This document shows positions 61,158 to 64,000 of a stretch of 64,000 nucleotides of DNA, one piece after another; within the stretch, counting starts at the first letter, position 1, and every line of letters starts with the position of its first letter. The position numbers and the translations under genes are program-made. The DNA comes from Parcubacteria group bacterium LiPW_15 (lineage in GTDB: Bacteria; Patescibacteriota; Minisyncoccia; UBA6257; 2-01-FULL-56-20): positions 5,139 through 69,138 of the forward strand of contig VMER01000001.1 of the NCBI GenBank assembly GCA_007375645.1, in the 5' to 3' direction. The notes under the pieces were generated by a model. It saw nothing but the letters and a program-made list of their open reading frames with translations. It searched no databases and was not told the origin of the DNA.

Positions 61158-63502
61158 TGCTCACAGCCCTTTTTGTTTTTTTGGTGGCCGCAATACTCTC
61201 CGGGATCCTGTTTTTTGTTATCCGGTCCATTCATCGCAAGCGAACCATAAAAGATTCGCTGGAATACTCGCTTTTTGTGGTTCGTCTGCCAAAAAACCAA
61301 AAAACCGAGGGCCAGGACCCTAAGGCGGAGATAAATAAGTTCGAAGAATTTTTAAGCAGTTTACAAGGCCTAAAAAAACCGATGACTTTTGAGGTGGCGG
61401 TTCCGCATATCGGCGAAGAAATATCTTTTTATATTTCCGTGCCGAACGAGTTTACGGAAATGGCCAGACGGCAAATTCAGGGAATTTGGACCAAAGCAAG
61501 TATAGAAGAGGCGAGAGAAGATTATAATATTTTCAATTCCACCGGAGCCGCCTCCGCCGTATATTTGGCGCAAAAAGAGAATTTTTCTTTGCCCATAAAA
61601 ACTTATGAAGGCTTCGGCGCGGATACAGCCGCCGCGATATTCGGCGGTTTTACGAAGATGAGCGAGATAGGCGAAGGCGCTTCGCTTCAGATAGTTTTGC
61701 GTCCGGCCAAAAGCGAAGCCAGAAAAACTTTGAATTCGCATCTGGGTTCGTTCAAGAAGGGTTGGACCCGCAAGCAGATATTCGCGAGCGGTTTTTCCGC
61801 TGCCATAAAATCTTCAAGCCCCAAAGATGACAAAGAAAAAGAGCCTAAAGTCTTGGATGAAGAAGCGATAAAAATGTTGCAGGCGAAAACGAGCAAGCCC
61901 TTGTTCGAGGCCAATGTTCGCATTGCCGCAAGCGCTCCGATCCAGGTCCTCTCCGATAACATTTTGGGCGGCATAGCCGCAGGTTTCGAGCAATTTTCCT
62001 TGCCGCAGGGCAACCAGTTCAAAATAGTAAAGCCGAAAAATCCAGGCAACCTGATATTCGATTTTGTTTTTCGGGCCTTTAATGAAAACCAGAAAATAAT
62101 TTTGAATTCCGAAGAGATCGCAAGTTTTTATCATTTTCCGACTTCCGCCACGGAAACCCCGCGAATGAACTGGCTGAAATCCAAGGAAGCCCCTCCGCCG
62201 TCCGAACTCCCTTCGGAAGGAACTTTGATCGGGGAGAGCATTTTCCGCGGGGAAAGAAAGCCTATACGCATAACCGACGAAGACCGCCGCCGCCATATTT
62301 ATATAGTTGGTCAAACCGGAACCGGTAAAACTGTTTTTATAAACAATTGTGTAATTCAGGATATTGCCCGGGGCAAGGGCCTCGCAATAATCGATCCGCA
62401 TGGAGACCTGGCGGAAGCGGCTCTTGCGAATGTTCCTCCCGAAAGGATGAACGACGTTATTTATTTCAGTCCCGCGGATCTCCAGAAACCCCTTGGACTC
62501 AATATGCTCGAATACAACTTCGATCGGCCGGAGGAAAAGACTTTTATCGTGAACGAGATGCAGAGCATTTTTAATAAGCTTTTCAGCCAGGAAACCATGG
62601 GCCCGATGTTCGAACAATATATGCGGAACGCCCTTCTTCTCCTTATGGAAGACATGGTGAACGAACCGGCGACCCTCATCGAAGTTCCGCGTGTTTTTAC
62701 CGATCCCGAATTTCGCAAGCGAAAACTCGCGCGCATCAAAAATCCCACAGTCATAGATTTCTGGGAGAAAGAGGCCGCGAAGGCTGGCGGAGACGCGTCG
62801 CTTGCGAACATGACGCCTTATATAACCTCCAAGTTCAACAACTTTATTTCCAATGACTATATGCGGCCGATAATCGGTCAGGCCAAATCCTCCTTCAATT
62901 TTCGGGAGGTGATGGATTCCGGAAAGATACTCCTCATCAATCTTTCGAAGGGTAAGATCGGCGATATTAACGCTAATCTTTTGGGCATGGTGATAACCGG
63001 CAAACTCCTGATGGCCGCGCTCTCGCGCGTGGATATCGCCGACCAGAATGCCCGCAAGGATTTTAATTTATATATAGACGAATTCCAGAATTTCACGACC
63101 GATAGTATTTCCACCATTCTTTCGGAAGCGCGCAAATACCGTTTGAATCTGACGATCGCGCACCAATTCATCGCTCAGCTTACCGAAAAAATAAGGGATT
63201 CTGTTTTCGGCAATGTCGGCGCGCAGATAGTTTTCCGGGTTGGCGTGCAGGACGCGGAGTTTTTGGTGAAGCAATTCGAACCGGTCTTTGACGTTAACGA
63301 TCTTATCAATATCCCGAATCTTAATGCGCATGCCAAAATTCTCATAAACGGCCATCCGGCAAACCCGTTTAATTTGAGGGAAGGTTTTCCGCCAAAAGGG
63401 AGCTTGGAGGTGACTGAGAAACTTAAGGAGATGTCGCGTTCCCAATACGGAATGGAACGTAATACGGTGGAAGAGGAGATATATAGACGCTTACGGACAT
63501 GA
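61157..63502 (+). CDS. VirB4/TraG/HerA-like membrane-anchored ATPase
   Basis: TM; DRRRHIYIVGQTGTGKT, IIDPHGD, LYIDEFQNF, SEARKY, AHQ. Confidence 0.9.
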   Translation: MLTALFVFLVAAILSGILFFVIRSIHRKRTIKDSLEYSLFVVRLPKNQKTEGQDPKAEINKFEEFLSSLQGLKKPMTFEVAVPHIGEEISFYISVPNEFTEMARRQIQGIWTKASIEEAREDYNIFNSTGAASAVYLAQKENFSLPIKTYEGFGADTAAAIFGGFTKMSEIGEGASLQIVLRPAKSEARKTLNSHLGSFKKGWTRKQIFASGFSAAIKSSSPKDDKEKEPKVLDEEAIKMLQAKTSKPLFEANVRIAASAPIQVLSDNILGGIAAGFEQFSLPQGNQFKIVKPKNPGNLIFDFVFRAFNENQKIILNSEEIASFYHFPTSATETPRMNWLKSKEAPPPSELPSEGTLIGESIFRGERKPIRITDEDRRRHIYIVGQTGTGKTVFINNCVIQDIARGKGLAIIDPHGDLAEAALANVPPERMNDVIYFSPADLQKPLGLNMLEYNFDRPEEKTFIVNEMQSIFNKLFSQETMGPMFEQYMRNALLLLMEDMVNEPATLIEVPRVFTDPEFRKRKLARIKNPTVIDFWEKEAAKAGGDASLANMTPYITSKFNNFISNDYMRPIIGQAKSSFNFREVMDSGKILLINLSKGKIGDINANLLGMVITGKLLMAALSRVDIADQNARKDFNLYIDEFQNFTTDSISTILSEARKYRLNLTIAHQFIAQLTEKIRDSVFGNVGAQIVFRVGVQDAEFLVKQFEPVFDVNDLINIPNLNAHAKILINGHPANPFNLREGFPPKGSLEVTEKLKEMSRSQYGMERNTVEEEIYRRLRT

Positions 63503-64000
63503 TGAAACTTATTGAGAAAACACCCAAAGAAAAACTGGAGGGAGTAGGTCTTTTGCGGCTAGATTTCAACAGCGAAGATAATTGGCGGATGAAAGCAGCT
63601 CTTCCGACCCTGCGCTATCTATCTGGTCCGGCGCGGGTTCTGGTGATACTAAGCCACAAAGGAAGGCCTATTGGGTTCAGCAAGAACCTAAGCTTGAAAA
63701 AAGTCGCGGAAAATTTGGGAAAGCTTTTGCATCGCAAAATAACGTTCATTCCTCATTTTAATTTTGAACTCATAAAACACGAGATAAGCCGAGCGGCGGA
63801 CGGTTCTATTTTTATGTTGGAAAACCTGAGGTTCATTCCGGGCGAGGAAACCAACTCCGCAGAGCTGGGAAAGAAACTCGCATCCTTGGGCGACTACTAT
63901 GTGAATGAAGCATTTGCAGTGTCCCATAGGGCTCATGCCTCGGTTTCGGCCATAACCCGATATTTGCCGAGTTATGCCGGACTTGGAATGGCTCGCGAAG
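63499..64000 (+). CDS. pgk: Phosphoglycerate kinase, 3'-truncated by window edge
   Basis: Manual translation LRLDFN, SHKGRP, MLENLRF, YVNEAFAVSHRAHAS. Confidence 0.93.
   Translation, partial: MMKLIEKTPKEKLEGVGLLRLDFNSEDNWRMKAALPTLRYLSGPARVLVILSHKGRPIGFSKNLSLKKVAENLGKLLHRKITFIPHFNFELIKHEISRAADGSIFMLENLRFIPGEETNSAELGKKLASLGDYYVNEAFAVSHRAHASVSAITRYLPSYAGLGMARE

Noticed and set aside
1-64000. Alternative genetic code 25 (TGA = Gly)
   Set aside because: TGA ends conserved genes at the expected length (ftsA, HIT, galT) and does not interrupt ORFs.

Overview
Compact, gene-dense chromosomal window read in genetic code 11. Gene content and protein architectures (many type IV pilin-like proteins, C-terminally short AlaS/ValS/RpoA, Lys-rich RpoD N-terminus, baseplate-J-like protein, stand-alone VirB4/HerA-like ATPase) point to a Patescibacteria (CPR, Parcubacteria-like) genome; this is an inference. 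It carries a pilus cluster, ftsA-ftsZ, dnaG-rpoD, four aminoacyl-tRNA synthetases, the infA-rpsI ribosomal cluster, mreBCD-mrdA, three tRNAs (Gly, Pro, Glu) and several self-contained accessory genes. The most unusual signals are non-coding. (1) A consensus-promoter unit at 58.27-59.11 kb pairs an orphan 104-aa ORF with a ~380-nt densely structured 3' RNA. (2) Tiny palindromic elements sit in-frame inside valS and two other proteins and at a tRNA 5' end, with compensatory stem changes. (3) An unannotated 47-aa leader peptide with terminator/antiterminator precedes an ABC exporter. (4) A compact 6S-like RNA candidate lies at 31.14 kb. (5) tRNA-Pro is flanked by serial copies of its own ends, separated by hairpin-rich inserts. 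(6) A three-copy MITE-like family has a covarying stem. (7) Core genes look leaderless whereas accessory genes have strong Shine-Dalgarno motifs. All calls come from manual reading; no database search or folding program was run, so novelty is untested.
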